DNA of 37,002 nucleotides from Escherichia coli (GTDB lineage Bacteria; Pseudomonadota; Gammaproteobacteria; Enterobacterales; Enterobacteriaceae): NCBI RefSeq assembly GCF_003334815.1, contig NZ_QOWO01000037.1; one strand, 5' to 3'. Shown piece by piece: positions 10,034 to 19,996 of this stretch (position 1 is its first letter; each line of letters starts with the position of its first letter). The notes under the pieces were generated by a model. It saw only the letters and a program-made list of their open reading frames with translations, ran no database searches and was not told where the DNA came from. The position numbers and the translations under genes were made by a program.

Positions 10034-12643
10034 ATGAAAATACCCACTACTACGGATATTCCGCAGAGGTATACCTGGTGTCTGGCCGGAATTTGTTATT
10101 CATCTCTTGCCATTTTACCCTCCTTTTTAAGCTATGCGGAAAGTTATTTCAACCCGGCATTTTTATTAGAGAATGGCACATCCGTTGCTGATTTATCGCG
10201 CTTTGAGAGAGGTAATCATCAACCTGCGGGCGTGTATCGGGTGGATCTCTGGCGTAATGATGAGTTCATTGGTTCACAGGATATCGTATTTGAATCGACA
10301 ACAGAAAATACAGGTGATAAATCAGGTGGGTTAATGCCCTGTTTTAACCAGGTACTCCTTGAACGAATTGGCCTTAATAGCAGTGCATTTCCCGAGTTAG
10401 CCCAGCAGCAAAATAATAAATGCATCAATTTACTGAAAGCTGTACCTGATGCCACAATTAACTTTGATTTTGCAGCGATGCGCCTGAACATCACTATTCC
10501 TCAGATAGCGTTGTTGAGTAGCGCTCACGGTTACATTCCGCCTGAAGAGTGGGATGAAGGTATTCCTGCTTTACTCCTGAATTATAATTTCACTGGTAAC
10601 AGAGGTAATGGTAACGATAGCTATTTTTTTAGTGAGCTCAGCGGGATTAATATTGGCCCGTGGCGTTTACGCAACAATGGTTCCTGGAACTATTTTCGCG
10701 GAAATGGGTATCATTCAGAACAGTGGAATAATATTGGCACCTGGGTACAGCGCGCCATTATTCCGCTGAAAAGTGAACTGGTAATGGGAGACGGCAATAC
10801 AGGAAGTGATATTTTCGATGGTGTTGGATTTCGTGGTGTACGGCTTTACTCTTCCGATAATATGTATCCTGATAGCCAGCAAGGGTTTGCCCCAACAGTA
10901 CGTGGGATTGCCCGTACGGCGGCCCAGCTAACGATTCGGCAAAATGGTTTTATTATCTATCAAAGCTATGTTTCCCCCGGCGCTTTTGAAATTACAGATT
11001 TGCACCCGACATCTTCAAATGGCGATCTGGACGTCACCATCGACGAGCGCGATGGCAATCAGCAGAATTACACTATTCCGTATTCAACAGTGCCAATTTT
11101 ACAACGCGAAGGGCGTTTCAAATTTGACCTGACGGCGGGCGATTTTCGTAGCGGTAATAGTCAGCAATCATCGCCTTTCTTTTTTCAGGGCACGGTACTC
11201 GGCGGTTTACCACAGGAATTTACTGCCTACGGCGGGACGCAATTATCTGCCAATTACACCGCCTTTTTATTAGGGCTGGGGCGCAACCTCGGGAACTGGG
11301 GCGCAGTGTCGCTGGATGTGACCCATGCGCGCAGTCAGTTAGCCGACGATAGTCGTCATGAGGGGGATTCTATTCGCTTCCTCTATGCGAAATCGATGAA
11401 CACCTTCGGCACCAATTTTCAGTTAATGGGTTACCGCTATTCGACACAAGGTTTTTATACCCTTGATGATGTTGCGTATCGTCGAATGGAGGGGTACGAA
11501 TATGATTACGATTACGACGGTGAGCATCGCGATGAACCGATAATCGTGAATTACCACAATTTACGCTTTAGCCGTAAAGACCGTTTGCAGTTAAATATTT
11601 CACAATCACTTAATGACTTTGGCTCGCTTTATATCTCTGGTACCCATCAAAAATACTGGAATACATCGGATTCAGATACGTGGTATCAGGTGGGGTATAC
11701 CAGCAGCTGGGTTGGCATCAGTTATTCGCTCTCATTTTCGTGGAATGAATCTGTAGGGATCCCCGATAACGAACGTATTGTCGGACTTAATGTTTCAGTG
11801 CCTTTCAATGTTCTGACCAAACGTCGCTACACCCGGGAAAATGCGCTCGACCGCGCTTATGCCTCCTTTAACGCCAACCGTAACAGCAACGGGCAAAATA
11901 GCTGGCTGGCAGGTGTAGGTGGGACCTTACTGGAAGGCCACAACCTGAGTTATCACGTAAGCCAGGGTGATACCTCGAATAATGGGTATACGGGCAGCGC
12001 CACGGCAAACTGGCAGGCCGCTTACGGTACGCTGGGGGTCGGGTATAACTACGACCGCGATCAACATGACGTTAACTGGCAGCTGTCTGGCGGTGTGGTC
12101 GGGCATGAAAATGGCATAACGCTGAGCCAGCCTTTAGGGGATACCAATGTTTTGATTAAAGCGCCTGGCGCAGGCGGTGTACGCATTGAAAATCAAACTG
12201 GCATTTTAACCGACTGGCGCGGCTATGCGGTGATGCCGTATGCCACGGTTTATCGGTATAACCGTATCGCGCTTGATACCAATACGATGGGGAATTCCAT
12301 CGATGTTGAAAAAAATATTAGCAGCGTTGTGCCGACGCAAGGCGCGTTGGTTCGTGCCAATTTTGATACCCGCATAGGCGTGCGGGCGCTCATTACCGTT
12401 ACCCAGGGCGGAAAACCGGTGCCGTTTGGATCACTGGTACGGGAAAACAGTACCGGAATAACCAGTATGGTGGGTGATGACGGGCAAGTTTATTTAAGTG
12501 GTGCGCCATTGTCTGGTGAATTACTGGTTCAGTGGGGAGACGGCGCGAACTCACGCTGCATTGCGCACTATGTATTGCCGAAGCAAAGCTTACAGCAAGC
12601 CGTCACTGTTATTTCGGCAGTTTGCACACATCCTGGCTCATAA
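10034..12643 (+). CDS. sfmD: fimbrial outer-membrane usher
   Basis: 869-aa ORF, usher-family length and composition; C-terminal cysteine pair; follows the chaperone gene by 30 nt. Confidence 0.85.
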   Translation: MKIPTTTDIPQRYTWCLAGICYSSLAILPSFLSYAESYFNPAFLLENGTSVADLSRFERGNHQPAGVYRVDLWRNDEFIGSQDIVFESTTENTGDKSGGLMPCFNQVLLERIGLNSSAFPELAQQQNNKCINLLKAVPDATINFDFAAMRLNITIPQIALLSSAHGYIPPEEWDEGIPALLLNYNFTGNRGNGNDSYFFSELSGINIGPWRLRNNGSWNYFRGNGYHSEQWNNIGTWVQRAIIPLKSELVMGDGNTGSDIFDGVGFRGVRLYSSDNMYPDSQQGFAPTVRGIARTAAQLTIRQNGFIIYQSYVSPGAFEITDLHPTSSNGDLDVTIDERDGNQQNYTIPYSTVPILQREGRFKFDLTAGDFRSGNSQQSSPFFFQGTVLGGLPQEFTAYGGTQLSANYTAFLLGLGRNLGNWGAVSLDVTHARSQLADDSRHEGDSIRFLYAKSMNTFGTNFQLMGYRYSTQGFYTLDDVAYRRMEGYEYDYDYDGEHRDEPIIVNYHNLRFSRKDRLQLNISQSLNDFGSLYISGTHQKYWNTSDSDTWYQVGYTSSWVGISYSLSFSWNESVGIPDNERIVGLNVSVPFNVLTKRRYTRENALDRAYASFNANRNSNGQNSWLAGVGGTLLEGHNLSYHVSQGDTSNNGYTGSATANWQAAYGTLGVGYNYDRDQHDVNWQLSGGVVGHENGITLSQPLGDTNVLIKAPGAGGVRIENQTGILTDWRGYAVMPYATVYRYNRIALDTNTMGNSIDVEKNISSVVPTQGALVRANFDTRIGVRALITVTQGGKPVPFGSLVRENSTGITSMVGDDGQVYLSGAPLSGELLVQWGDGANSRCIAHYVLPKQSLQQAVTVISAVCTHPGS

Positions 12644-12655
12644 AGGAAATTATCA

Positions 12656-13663
12656 ATGAAGATAATCTGCAGATTATTATTGGCGATGGCATGTTTGTGT
12701 CTGGCAAACATATCCTGGGCTACTGTTTGTGCAAATAGTACTGGCGTAGCAGAAGATGAACACTATGATCTCTCAAATATCTTTAATAGCACCAATAACC
12801 AGCCAGGGCAGATTGTTGTTTTACCGGAAAAATCCGGCTGGGTAGGTGTCTCAGCAATTTGTCCACCCGGCACGCTGGTGAATTATACATACCGTAGTTA
12901 TGTCACCAACTTTATTGTTCAGGAAACTATCGATAATTATAAATATATGCAATTAAATGATTATCTATTAGGTGCGATGAGTCTGGTTGATAGTGTTATG
13001 GATATTCAGTTCCCCCCGCAAAATTATATTCGGATGGGAACAGATCCTAACGTTTCGCAAAACCTTCCATTCGGGGTGATGGATTCTCGTTTAATATTTC
13101 GTTTAAAGGTTATTCGTCCCTTTATTAACATGGTGGAGATCCCCAGACAGGTGATGTTTACCGTGTATGTGACATCAACGCCTTACGATCCGTTGGTTAC
13201 ACCTGTTTATACCATTAGTTTTGGTGGCCGGGTTGAAGTACCGCAAAACTGCGAATTAAATGCCGGGCAGATTGTTGAATTTGATTTTGGTGATATCGGC
13301 GCATCGTTATTTAGTGCGGCAGGGCCGGGTAATCGACCTGCTGGTGTCATGCCGCAAACCAAGAGCATTGCGGTCAAATGTACGAATGTTGCTGCGCAGG
13401 CTTATTTAACAATGCGTCTGGAAGCCAGTGCCGTTTCTGGTCAGGCGATGGTGTCGGACAATCAGGATTTAGGTTTTATTGTCGCCGATCAGAACGATAC
13501 GCCGATCACGCCTAACGATCTCAATAGCGTTATTCCTTTCCGTCTGGATGCAGCTGCGGCAGCCAATGTCACACTTCGCGCCTGGCCTATCAGTATTACC
13601 GGTCAAAAACCGACCGAAGGGCCGTTTAGCGCGCTGGGGTATTTACGCGTCGATTATCAATGA
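12656..13663 (+). CDS. sfmH: fimbrial adhesin-like subunit
   Basis: 335-aa ORF with signal peptide, 12 nt after the usher stop; exact start uncertain. Confidence 0.75.
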   Translation: MKIICRLLLAMACLCLANISWATVCANSTGVAEDEHYDLSNIFNSTNNQPGQIVVLPEKSGWVGVSAICPPGTLVNYTYRSYVTNFIVQETIDNYKYMQLNDYLLGAMSLVDSVMDIQFPPQNYIRMGTDPNVSQNLPFGVMDSRLIFRLKVIRPFINMVEIPRQVMFTVYVTSTPYDPLVTPVYTISFGGRVEVPQNCELNAGQIVEFDFGDIGASLFSAAGPGNRPAGVMPQTKSIAVKCTNVAAQAYLTMRLEASAVSGQAMVSDNQDLGFIVADQNDTPITPNDLNSVIPFRLDAAAAANVTLRAWPISITGQKPTEGPFSALGYLRVDYQ

Positions 13664-13673
13664 GGTACGGAGA

Positions 13674-14189
13674 ATGAGAAGAGTACTCTTTAGCTGTTTC
13701 TGCGGGCTACTGTGGAGTTCCAGTGGATGGGCAGTTGACCCTTTAGGAACGATTAATATCAATTTGCACGGTAACGTTGTTGATTTCTCCTGTACCGTAA
13801 ACACAGCGGATATTGATAAGACGGTAGATTTAGGCAGATGGCCTACGACACAACTACTGAACGCTGGCGATACCACGGCACTCGTCCCTTTTAGCCTGCG
13901 GCTGGAGGGATGTCCTCCGGGTTCAGTTGCGATTTTATTTACGGGAACGCCGGCATCCGATACCAACCTGCTGGCTCTGGATGATCCCGCAATGGCACAA
14001 ACCGTCGCCATCGAATTACGTAATAGCGATCGCTCCCGGCTCGCACTGGGGGAGGCGAGCCCGACTGAGGAAGTAGATGCAAATGGCAATGTCACACTAA
14101 ACTTTTTTGCCAATTATCGAGCGTTAGCCAGCGGTGTTCGGCCAGGTGTGGCGAAAGCGGATGCGATATTTATGATCAATTATAATTAA
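13674..14189 (+). CDS. sfmF: fimbrial minor subunit
   Basis: Trimmed from the 236-aa track ORF to ATG 13674 (MRRVLFSCFCGLLWSSSGWA signal peptide), 171 aa; RBS GGTACGGAGA; the longer ORF would overlap sfmH by about 190 nt. Confidence 0.8.
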   Translation: MRRVLFSCFCGLLWSSSGWAVDPLGTININLHGNVVDFSCTVNTADIDKTVDLGRWPTTQLLNAGDTTALVPFSLRLEGCPPGSVAILFTGTPASDTNLLALDDPAMAQTVAIELRNSDRSRLALGEASPTEEVDANGNVTLNFFANYRALASGVRPGVAKADAIFMINYN

Positions 14190-14191
14190 TA

Positions 14192-14824
14192 TTATATTAA
14201 TTCGTATAATTTGGCGTAGTCGATAAGCTCTACAATTGAATGCAAACCTAGCTTGCCATAAATATTAGATTTATGCGCACTAACTGTTTTATTGCTAAGT
14301 AATAACTTATCGGCAATTTCTTTATTAGATAATCCGCTAACCAGATAACGTAATATGGTCACTTCACGATTAGATAGCACAGTGACCGTTGAACTATTCG
14401 TACTACATTTATTGCTTTTTATATAGTTAAGCGTTTCGCTGGGAAAAAACGTGTATCCGGAGAGGATCATCTGAACGGCATGAAAAATATCATTCTGATC
14501 ATTGCATTTACTGACAAAACCGTTAGCACCAGCTTGTATCGCTCTGCCAGCATAAAAGCATTCTGATTTCGATGATAAAAATAACACTTTCACTGTGCTC
14601 TGGATTTGTTTGATCCTTTTCAGGAAGGTAAAACCGTCTGTTCCGGGCAAGTCTATATCCATAATGATTAAATCAACAGGACGGGTTCGGAGATAATCGA
14701 TGGTTATGCGATAATCATCCGTTTTCAGGACAATCTGCAATTCACTGTTTTTTTGCAACAGAACTTCAATAGACATTCTGATGATAGGATGAGTATCCAT
14801 AATGATCACCGACGTTGGTTTCAT
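14192..14824 (-). CDS. fimZ: LuxR/FixJ-family response regulator (fimbrial regulator)
   Basis: Trimmed to MKPTSVIIMDTHPIIRMSIEV... (210 aa): receiver domain plus C-terminal LuxR HTH. The first Arg codon is AGA, checked on the reverse complement. Confidence 0.88.
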   Translation of the reverse strand: MKPTSVIIMDTHPIIRMSIEVLLQKNSELQIVLKTDDYRITIDYLRTRPVDLIIMDIDLPGTDGFTFLKRIKQIQSTVKVLFLSSKSECFYAGRAIQAGANGFVSKCNDQNDIFHAVQMILSGYTFFPSETLNYIKSNKCSTNSSTVTVLSNREVTILRYLVSGLSNKEIADKLLLSNKTVSAHKSNIYGKLGLHSIVELIDYAKLYELI

Positions 14825-15007
14825 AGTTACCAGTCTCATAGGAGCGGACAATTTTCCGTTAGGTCGGGAAATTGTACTTTGATACATGAAAATACGGGTT
14901 TTCTTGATTCAGACGCGCAGCGGTGTGCGTTTGTTTGCCGCTATAGCGAAATAAATCAGAAAATCAGACGCGGTCGTTCACTTGTTCAGCAACCAGATCA
15001 AAAGCCA

Positions 15008-15035
15008 TTGACTCAGCAAGGGTTGACCGTATAAT
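15008..15035 (+). promoter_or_regulatory. putative sigma70 promoter for argU
   Basis: TTGACT (15008-15013), 16-nt spacer, TATAAT (15030-15035), about 30 nt upstream of the mature tRNA 5' end. Confidence 0.55.
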
Positions 15036-15066
15036 TCACGCGATTACACCGCATTGCGGTATCAAC

Positions 15067-15143
15067 GCGCCCTTAGCTCAGTTGGATAGAGCAACGACCT
15101 TCTAAGTCGTGGGCCGCAGGTTCGAATCCTGCAGGGCGCGCCA
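15067..15143 (+). tRNA. argU: tRNA-Arg (anticodon UCU, reads AGA/AGG)
   Basis: 77-nt sequence GCGCCCTTAGCTCAGTTGGATAGAGCAACGACCTTCTAAGTCGTGGGCCGCAGGTTCGAATCCTGCAGGGCGCGCCA with a 7-bp acceptor stem, D-loop AGCTCAGTTGGATAGAGC, anticodon loop CTTCTAA, T-loop GGTTCGAATCC and encoded CCA. Confidence 0.95.
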
Positions 15144-15188
15144 TTTCTTCCTCATTTATGCCCGTCTTATCCGTTTCCGCTTTGCCCT

Positions 15189-15950
15189 TCACCACATCAC
15201 TTTTTGTCGCTGTTTGGCGAGATAATTCAACGGTGTCAGGCCGTAAAACGCCTTAAAAACAGAGATAAAGTACGACGTGCTGCTATAGCCACATAATTGC
15301 GCCACCTGAGTGATATTTTTGTTATCCATCAATAACATCTGTACGGCGTAACGCATACGACACTCTGTGACAATCTGGCTATAGCTGGTATTTTCGTTTT
15401 TTAATTTCTTTTTGAGCAGGCTGGGGCTTAAACATAGCGAACTGGCGACAATTCGCAGATTCCAGTAATGCTGAATATCGCTTTGAATAATGCGGCAGAC
15501 GCTGTCGCGGACGCTGCTGCGTAAGATATACATCAGTAGGGCAATAAACCGCGATTGCTCAAGAAAGTTAGACAATACGGTAAAAAGCAATGCGCGCGTC
15601 AACTCCGCTTCGCAGGGTCTGCTGGGTTGCTGCTTGCTGTGGTTGGCGGCTAGCCGGAACACTTCCGGTGTACGGCTATGACAAGCGATAACCGGGGTTG
15701 CCAGCCGCGACCAGGGCTTTACACAGGTTAAGTTCTTATTTAAAAACAACAGATAATCGTTGATGATGTTACGGTTGATGTGGGTGATTAATACGTGATT
15801 TAACGTTGAGAGTTCAATGACGTTATTGTTGCACGCGAAGGCGGCCAGGTAGTTTTTCGGAAGGGTAAACGTAGCATGGTTATTGACGCTTACCTCTACC
15901 TCTTTTTCGGTCAGGATCACCACGCAAGGTTCACTGCTGCTCAATTGCAT
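15189..15950 (-). CDS. envY: AraC-family transcriptional regulator (EnvY-like)
   Basis: 253-aa ORF with a C-terminal AraC-type HTH region (...GYSSTSYFISVFKAFYGLTPLNY); AT-rich; position directly upstream of ybcH matches K-12 envY. Confidence 0.7.
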   Translation of the reverse strand: MQLSSSEPCVVILTEKEVEVSVNNHATFTLPKNYLAAFACNNNVIELSTLNHVLITHINRNIINDYLLFLNKNLTCVKPWSRLATPVIACHSRTPEVFRLAANHSKQQPSRPCEAELTRALLFTVLSNFLEQSRFIALLMYILRSSVRDSVCRIIQSDIQHYWNLRIVASSLCLSPSLLKKKLKNENTSYSQIVTECRMRYAVQMLLMDNKNITQVAQLCGYSSTSYFISVFKAFYGLTPLNYLAKQRQKVMW

Positions 15951-16132
15951 TTCGCACTCCTCAGATATCAGAAACTCCGCTCAAAGGATCTATGCTTCCT
16001 GCATGAGTGATCGGCCCGTTCGCCGATAACGATCTTCTTTCTTTAGCACGCTTTTTAGCAATTAATCTTGATGGAATTCTGATGAGAGCGAAAGAGGTAA
16101 GCCAGGTCGTACCCGACTTACCTGGAGGAGAT

Positions 16133-17023
16133 TTAATACTCGAGAATGCCGTGCGCGACGGGCAAATAGCGCAGAGAGAAATAGAGAGTGTCTTTACCGC
16201 AAGAGGAACGTTTCGCTAACAGCGAGGCAATTTCTGCGTCCGGTTTCGGTTTCGCTGTAAAGGTTTTGCCTTTGCCGGCGACAAAAAGTTCATAAACAAC
16301 GCCGCTGGCAGGGGCGGGACTTTGGCAATCGGCGCTGGCCTGTAAATAACGTTCACGCTGTTCAGCGGTCAGTTTATCCACGCCGCTGCCATCCTGTACC
16401 CAGACATTAACGCCGGTTGCTTTAACGTGTTCCAGCAGTTGGCGATAGCCATCGGGCGACATGTTTCCGGCGAAAAAACTACTGATATAAACCGGTTTTG
16501 CTGAAACATCGCTAATCAGCCGCTGCGCGTTGTTTAACCATGTTAGCAAAGGCTGACGGGCGGCTTCGCTGCGCCAGTTCAGGTCGTCAATTTCCGCGCT
16601 GATGTACCAGCCATCCGGCGTTATGCCAGGCGCGGCGCTCCATAATCTGGCTTGCTGGAGATCGGCAGCCAGCAGGCGATTAAGATAGCTTTCCAGCGCT
16701 GCGGACGACTGTTTCTGGTGCATAAAAAATTCCGGATCGGCGTTCAGCCCGACAATAAGCTTCAGACCAGCCTGTTGCGCAGCTGCGGCCCGCTTAAACA
16801 ATAACGTGCGCTGTTCTGGCTGGGTAAATGCATCGCCGTAACGGGTCCATTGCAAAACAAGGGTATCGAAGCCTTGCAAACGTAACTGACTCATCAGCCC
16901 CTGCCACTGGGTATCGGTAACCTGACTATCTCGGTTTTGTGGTTGCCAGATAATACCTTTCATCGCAAAGGAAAAAGGGCTGACCAAAAGCAGTGTCAGC
17001 AATACGAAAATGAACTTACGCAT
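16133..17023 (-). CDS. ybcH: secreted DUF4434-family protein, third gene of the nfrB-nfrA-ybcH operon
   Basis: 296-aa ORF with signal peptide MRKFIFVLLTLLLVSPFSFA; its start codon abuts the nfrA stop. Confidence 0.8.
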   Translation of the reverse strand: MRKFIFVLLTLLLVSPFSFAMKGIIWQPQNRDSQVTDTQWQGLMSQLRLQGFDTLVLQWTRYGDAFTQPEQRTLLFKRAAAAQQAGLKLIVGLNADPEFFMHQKQSSAALESYLNRLLAADLQQARLWSAAPGITPDGWYISAEIDDLNWRSEAARQPLLTWLNNAQRLISDVSAKPVYISSFFAGNMSPDGYRQLLEHVKATGVNVWVQDGSGVDKLTAEQRERYLQASADCQSPAPASGVVYELFVAGKGKTFTAKPKPDAEIASLLAKRSSCGKDTLYFSLRYLPVAHGILEY

Positions 17024-19996
17024 TTACCAGTGCACTCCAATGGTGAGAAACGCGTTGTTGCGCTCTCCGTTACGTTGATTAATCGCCTTAAAGGTATGTT
17101 GATACTCGACGCCGAGACTGACTTTGTGCGGCCAGGCGTCGTAGTGCGTCTCGCCGGTCCAGATATTCCAGCGGACCCCGACTCCGCCAAGCTGCGCGCC
17201 CTGAGTGCCTTTATCACGATAGCCGTTGTCCTGAACGTGAGCGTAAGGCTCAATAGTCTGTCCGTTAGCTACCTTCTGATGCCAGCTGACGCGATAATCT
17301 GCCGTCCACGCCTGAATATCCTGGCGGATATATTGCGCCGCATCGAGGTACAGGTTTTGGGCAAACCAGCCTGAACCGTTCGGGTGCCATTCGTCGCTGT
17401 ATTTGCCGCCATTAAAGAATGAGGCGCTGGCGCGCAGCATGGTATCGGATGCGCCATTTTGGCCGTTCAGCGGCAACTGCTGTTCGACGGCGATGAAAAA
17501 GATCTGATCGCGCAGCGGCTTCCAGCGCAGACCGGTGCCGGACATCGGATTTTTCACCGGCATCATCACCCCGTTTTCTCCGGTATCGGCAAAGACGCGG
17601 CTATAAACTGAGAGCAGGTCGCCTTCCAGCAGCATATTGCGTCCGATGCGGTACTCGGCTTCCAGTTGTCCGTAGCTACGATAGCTTTTCCCTGGCGCTG
17701 CGCCGCCGACATTATTGTTAGCGGTACTCATTGCGCCGGAACGCAAGCCGATGGAAGAATCGAAACTGAACGTCCAGCGGCGACCGACCTCCTCATGCAA
17801 ACGGCGGAAATTGAAGCGTTGTTGATTTTGTTCTGGGGTCAGTGGGGTTATCAGCGCCTGATTATCAATGTCATCAATCACCAGCCGGGCGTAGTGCTGC
17901 GTCGCAGGCATGTCATCCAGACGCTGGTTCACGTAGGCCAGTTGTCGGATCAGTGCCGGATCGTCCGGAAGCCCTTTATGCGCCGGTTCGAGCATTTCCC
18001 GCGACTGTGCGATATCACCGCTATCCCACAAGGCGTAACCAAGCGCTGCCTGGGTGTTGCTATTATTCGGTTCCAGTTCCAGCGCGGCGCGCAAATCACT
18101 CACCGCGGCCGGGACATTATGACGTTGGCGATAAATTGTCGCCCGCGCAACGTAAGCGTTGGCAGAAGGCGCAATATTGATTGAGCGCGTGAGATCGTTC
18201 AGTGCGAGTTCCGGCTGACCAGGAATGTAACGTTGCGCATGCAGCCACCAGTAGAGGGCATTGCTTCCCAGTCCACGTTTTTCTGCCTGTTGTAGCCAGC
18301 GATCGCGAGCCGCACCATTTCCTGCCGCCTGGGCGGTATTGGCAGCAGCAAGCAGATCCTCATTGCTCATGTCGTGAAGACTGATTTTCTGCCAGGCCGC
18401 CAGTGCGGTGGCGTAGTCCTCAACCTGATACGCCTGATAGGCTACCGCACGATGTTGCCAGGCGCTCGGTTGTCGTTGTTCGGCCTGAAGCCATGCATAC
18501 AACGCCACACCGGGTAGCGTGTCCCGATAACACTTTGCCAGACGGTTCCAGGCGGCGGCATCGTAGGAAGGCGACATATCGCCCAGCAAGCGAACTATTG
18601 CCGGGCAATTATCTGCAATACCCGGCAACTGACTTTGCCACTGACGTTGCTCCGCCAGCGGTAAGGGTTTCGATAAAATCGCCACCTTCGCCGGCGTTGC
18701 CAGGTAAGGATGACTTTCCAGCAGAGACGCCAGTCGCGCCATTAAAGTCTGGCTGACACGCGCATCGCCCTGGAAAGGATAGCGTTGCAGCAATAAATCG
18801 GCAGCTTCGCGTGACTGCTCGTTCTGCATCAGTTGCCAGGTTAGTTGATCCAGGCGGGTAAGATTTGCCGGTTCTTGCTGATACAGCAATCGTGCCAGAC
18901 GCAGAGCTTCAGCCTTGTTACGGGTCGCCACGCTGACAGCATAACGCTCCTCAAGCATTTCATTGGCGGGGAGGGTGGCGAGCAGTTTTTGCGCTGCGTC
19001 GTACTGACCTTCTTTTAACAGCACCGGTAGCGTCGCGCCAACAACATACTGGCGGTTGTCGGCAAACTGTACCGTATAATTCGCCAACGCCTGAACGGGG
19101 TTAGCGCTGTATTTAGATAACAGATAGAGCCAACTTTTCTCTTGTGCGTCCGTGGTAAATAGTGGCTTATTTTCAATGAGATAATGCTGGAGGCGTGCTT
19201 TTTCGCCACGATAAGCCAGCGCGGTCGCGTAAGTAATATATGACTGAGGATCGGTGAAGATCCCCTGTGATTGCAGTGCCAGGATCCGATCGTCCAGCTG
19301 CCCGGCAAGAAGCACGTCAAACCACTGACGGCGTTCTGCCGCGCTTAATGTGTTCTGCTGGCGTGCTTCATTGTATAGCGTATCTGCCTGGGACCATTGT
19401 TTCAGGTAGATTGCCCGTTGCAGCAGATCGGTTCGCAGCGTTTTTCCTTCCGGCGATGCAGCAAACGTCGCATCGTTCAGTTGCGCTCTGGCGACAGGTA
19501 ACTGTGCCAGCCGCAGGGCATTCTGCCCGACTTCACTGCGACAACGCAGGGTCGGCGCAGCATCGCACGCTTTTTGCTGGGCAAGCAGTTCTTCAACTGT
19601 CGTAACGCTTTTCACTTCAACCGGAATAGCCGCCAGACTGCGCTCAAGTCGGGCATCTCCTGGGTGACGTTTCAGTTGATCCTCAAGCAACAGCCGCGCC
19701 CGGTCATCATGACCAAAATGGCGATAGGCTTCCGCAAGGTATAAAGTCAGCGGAATATTATCCGGCACCTGCTGGTGTATATATTCAAATTCGCGGATGG
19801 CGGTTGCTTCGTCGTTATTTTTCTGTGCCTTCAGCGCTTTATCGAGACGGGGATAAATAACAAAATGGCGATAATCGCTCAGCCCCAGCTCTTCTGCGCT
19901 GGTGCCGATATTGTCTGCGAGTGCGCTGGTACTCAATAAAGACGTCAGCAGTAAACCAGACCATCCGATGACGCGATTAAGGTTATTCTCCTTCAT
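17024..19996 (-). CDS. nfrA: outer-membrane protein with N-terminal TPR region and C-terminal beta-barrel (phage N4 receptor NfrA)
   Basis: Trimmed to MKENNLNRVIGWSGLLLTSLLSTSALA (signal peptide), 990 aa; TPR-like repeats; C-terminus ...FLTIGVHW ends in an aromatic residue as in OM barrels. Confidence 0.88.
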   Translation of the reverse strand: MKENNLNRVIGWSGLLLTSLLSTSALADNIGTSAEELGLSDYRHFVIYPRLDKALKAQKNNDEATAIREFEYIHQQVPDNIPLTLYLAEAYRHFGHDDRARLLLEDQLKRHPGDARLERSLAAIPVEVKSVTTVEELLAQQKACDAAPTLRCRSEVGQNALRLAQLPVARAQLNDATFAASPEGKTLRTDLLQRAIYLKQWSQADTLYNEARQQNTLSAAERRQWFDVLLAGQLDDRILALQSQGIFTDPQSYITYATALAYRGEKARLQHYLIENKPLFTTDAQEKSWLYLLSKYSANPVQALANYTVQFADNRQYVVGATLPVLLKEGQYDAAQKLLATLPANEMLEERYAVSVATRNKAEALRLARLLYQQEPANLTRLDQLTWQLMQNEQSREAADLLLQRYPFQGDARVSQTLMARLASLLESHPYLATPAKVAILSKPLPLAEQRQWQSQLPGIADNCPAIVRLLGDMSPSYDAAAWNRLAKCYRDTLPGVALYAWLQAEQRQPSAWQHRAVAYQAYQVEDYATALAAWQKISLHDMSNEDLLAAANTAQAAGNGAARDRWLQQAEKRGLGSNALYWWLHAQRYIPGQPELALNDLTRSINIAPSANAYVARATIYRQRHNVPAAVSDLRAALELEPNNSNTQAALGYALWDSGDIAQSREMLEPAHKGLPDDPALIRQLAYVNQRLDDMPATQHYARLVIDDIDNQALITPLTPEQNQQRFNFRRLHEEVGRRWTFSFDSSIGLRSGAMSTANNNVGGAAPGKSYRSYGQLEAEYRIGRNMLLEGDLLSVYSRVFADTGENGVMMPVKNPMSGTGLRWKPLRDQIFFIAVEQQLPLNGQNGASDTMLRASASFFNGGKYSDEWHPNGSGWFAQNLYLDAAQYIRQDIQAWTADYRVSWHQKVANGQTIEPYAHVQDNGYRDKGTQGAQLGGVGVRWNIWTGETHYDAWPHKVSLGVEYQHTFKAINQRNGERNNAFLTIGVHW

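Noticed and set aside
13479-13673. N-terminal 65-codon extension of the sfmF ORF
   Set aside because: Would overlap sfmH by about 190 nt; the signal peptide and RBS sit at ATG 13674.
15144-15188. Idea that the window comes from an E. coli B-type strain because ompT is missing
   Set aside because: I could not reliably recall the exact B-strain deletion end points, and nfrA is intact here; strain attribution is not supportable from this window alone.
16007-16219. 70-aa plus-strand ORF in the envY-ybcH intergenic region
   Set aside because: Overlaps the 3' end of ybcH in antisense; no RBS; not protein-like.
17666-18756. Several 100-170 aa plus-strand ORFs inside nfrA
   Set aside because: Antisense shadow ORFs in a GC-rich gene; Arg/Pro/His-rich translations.
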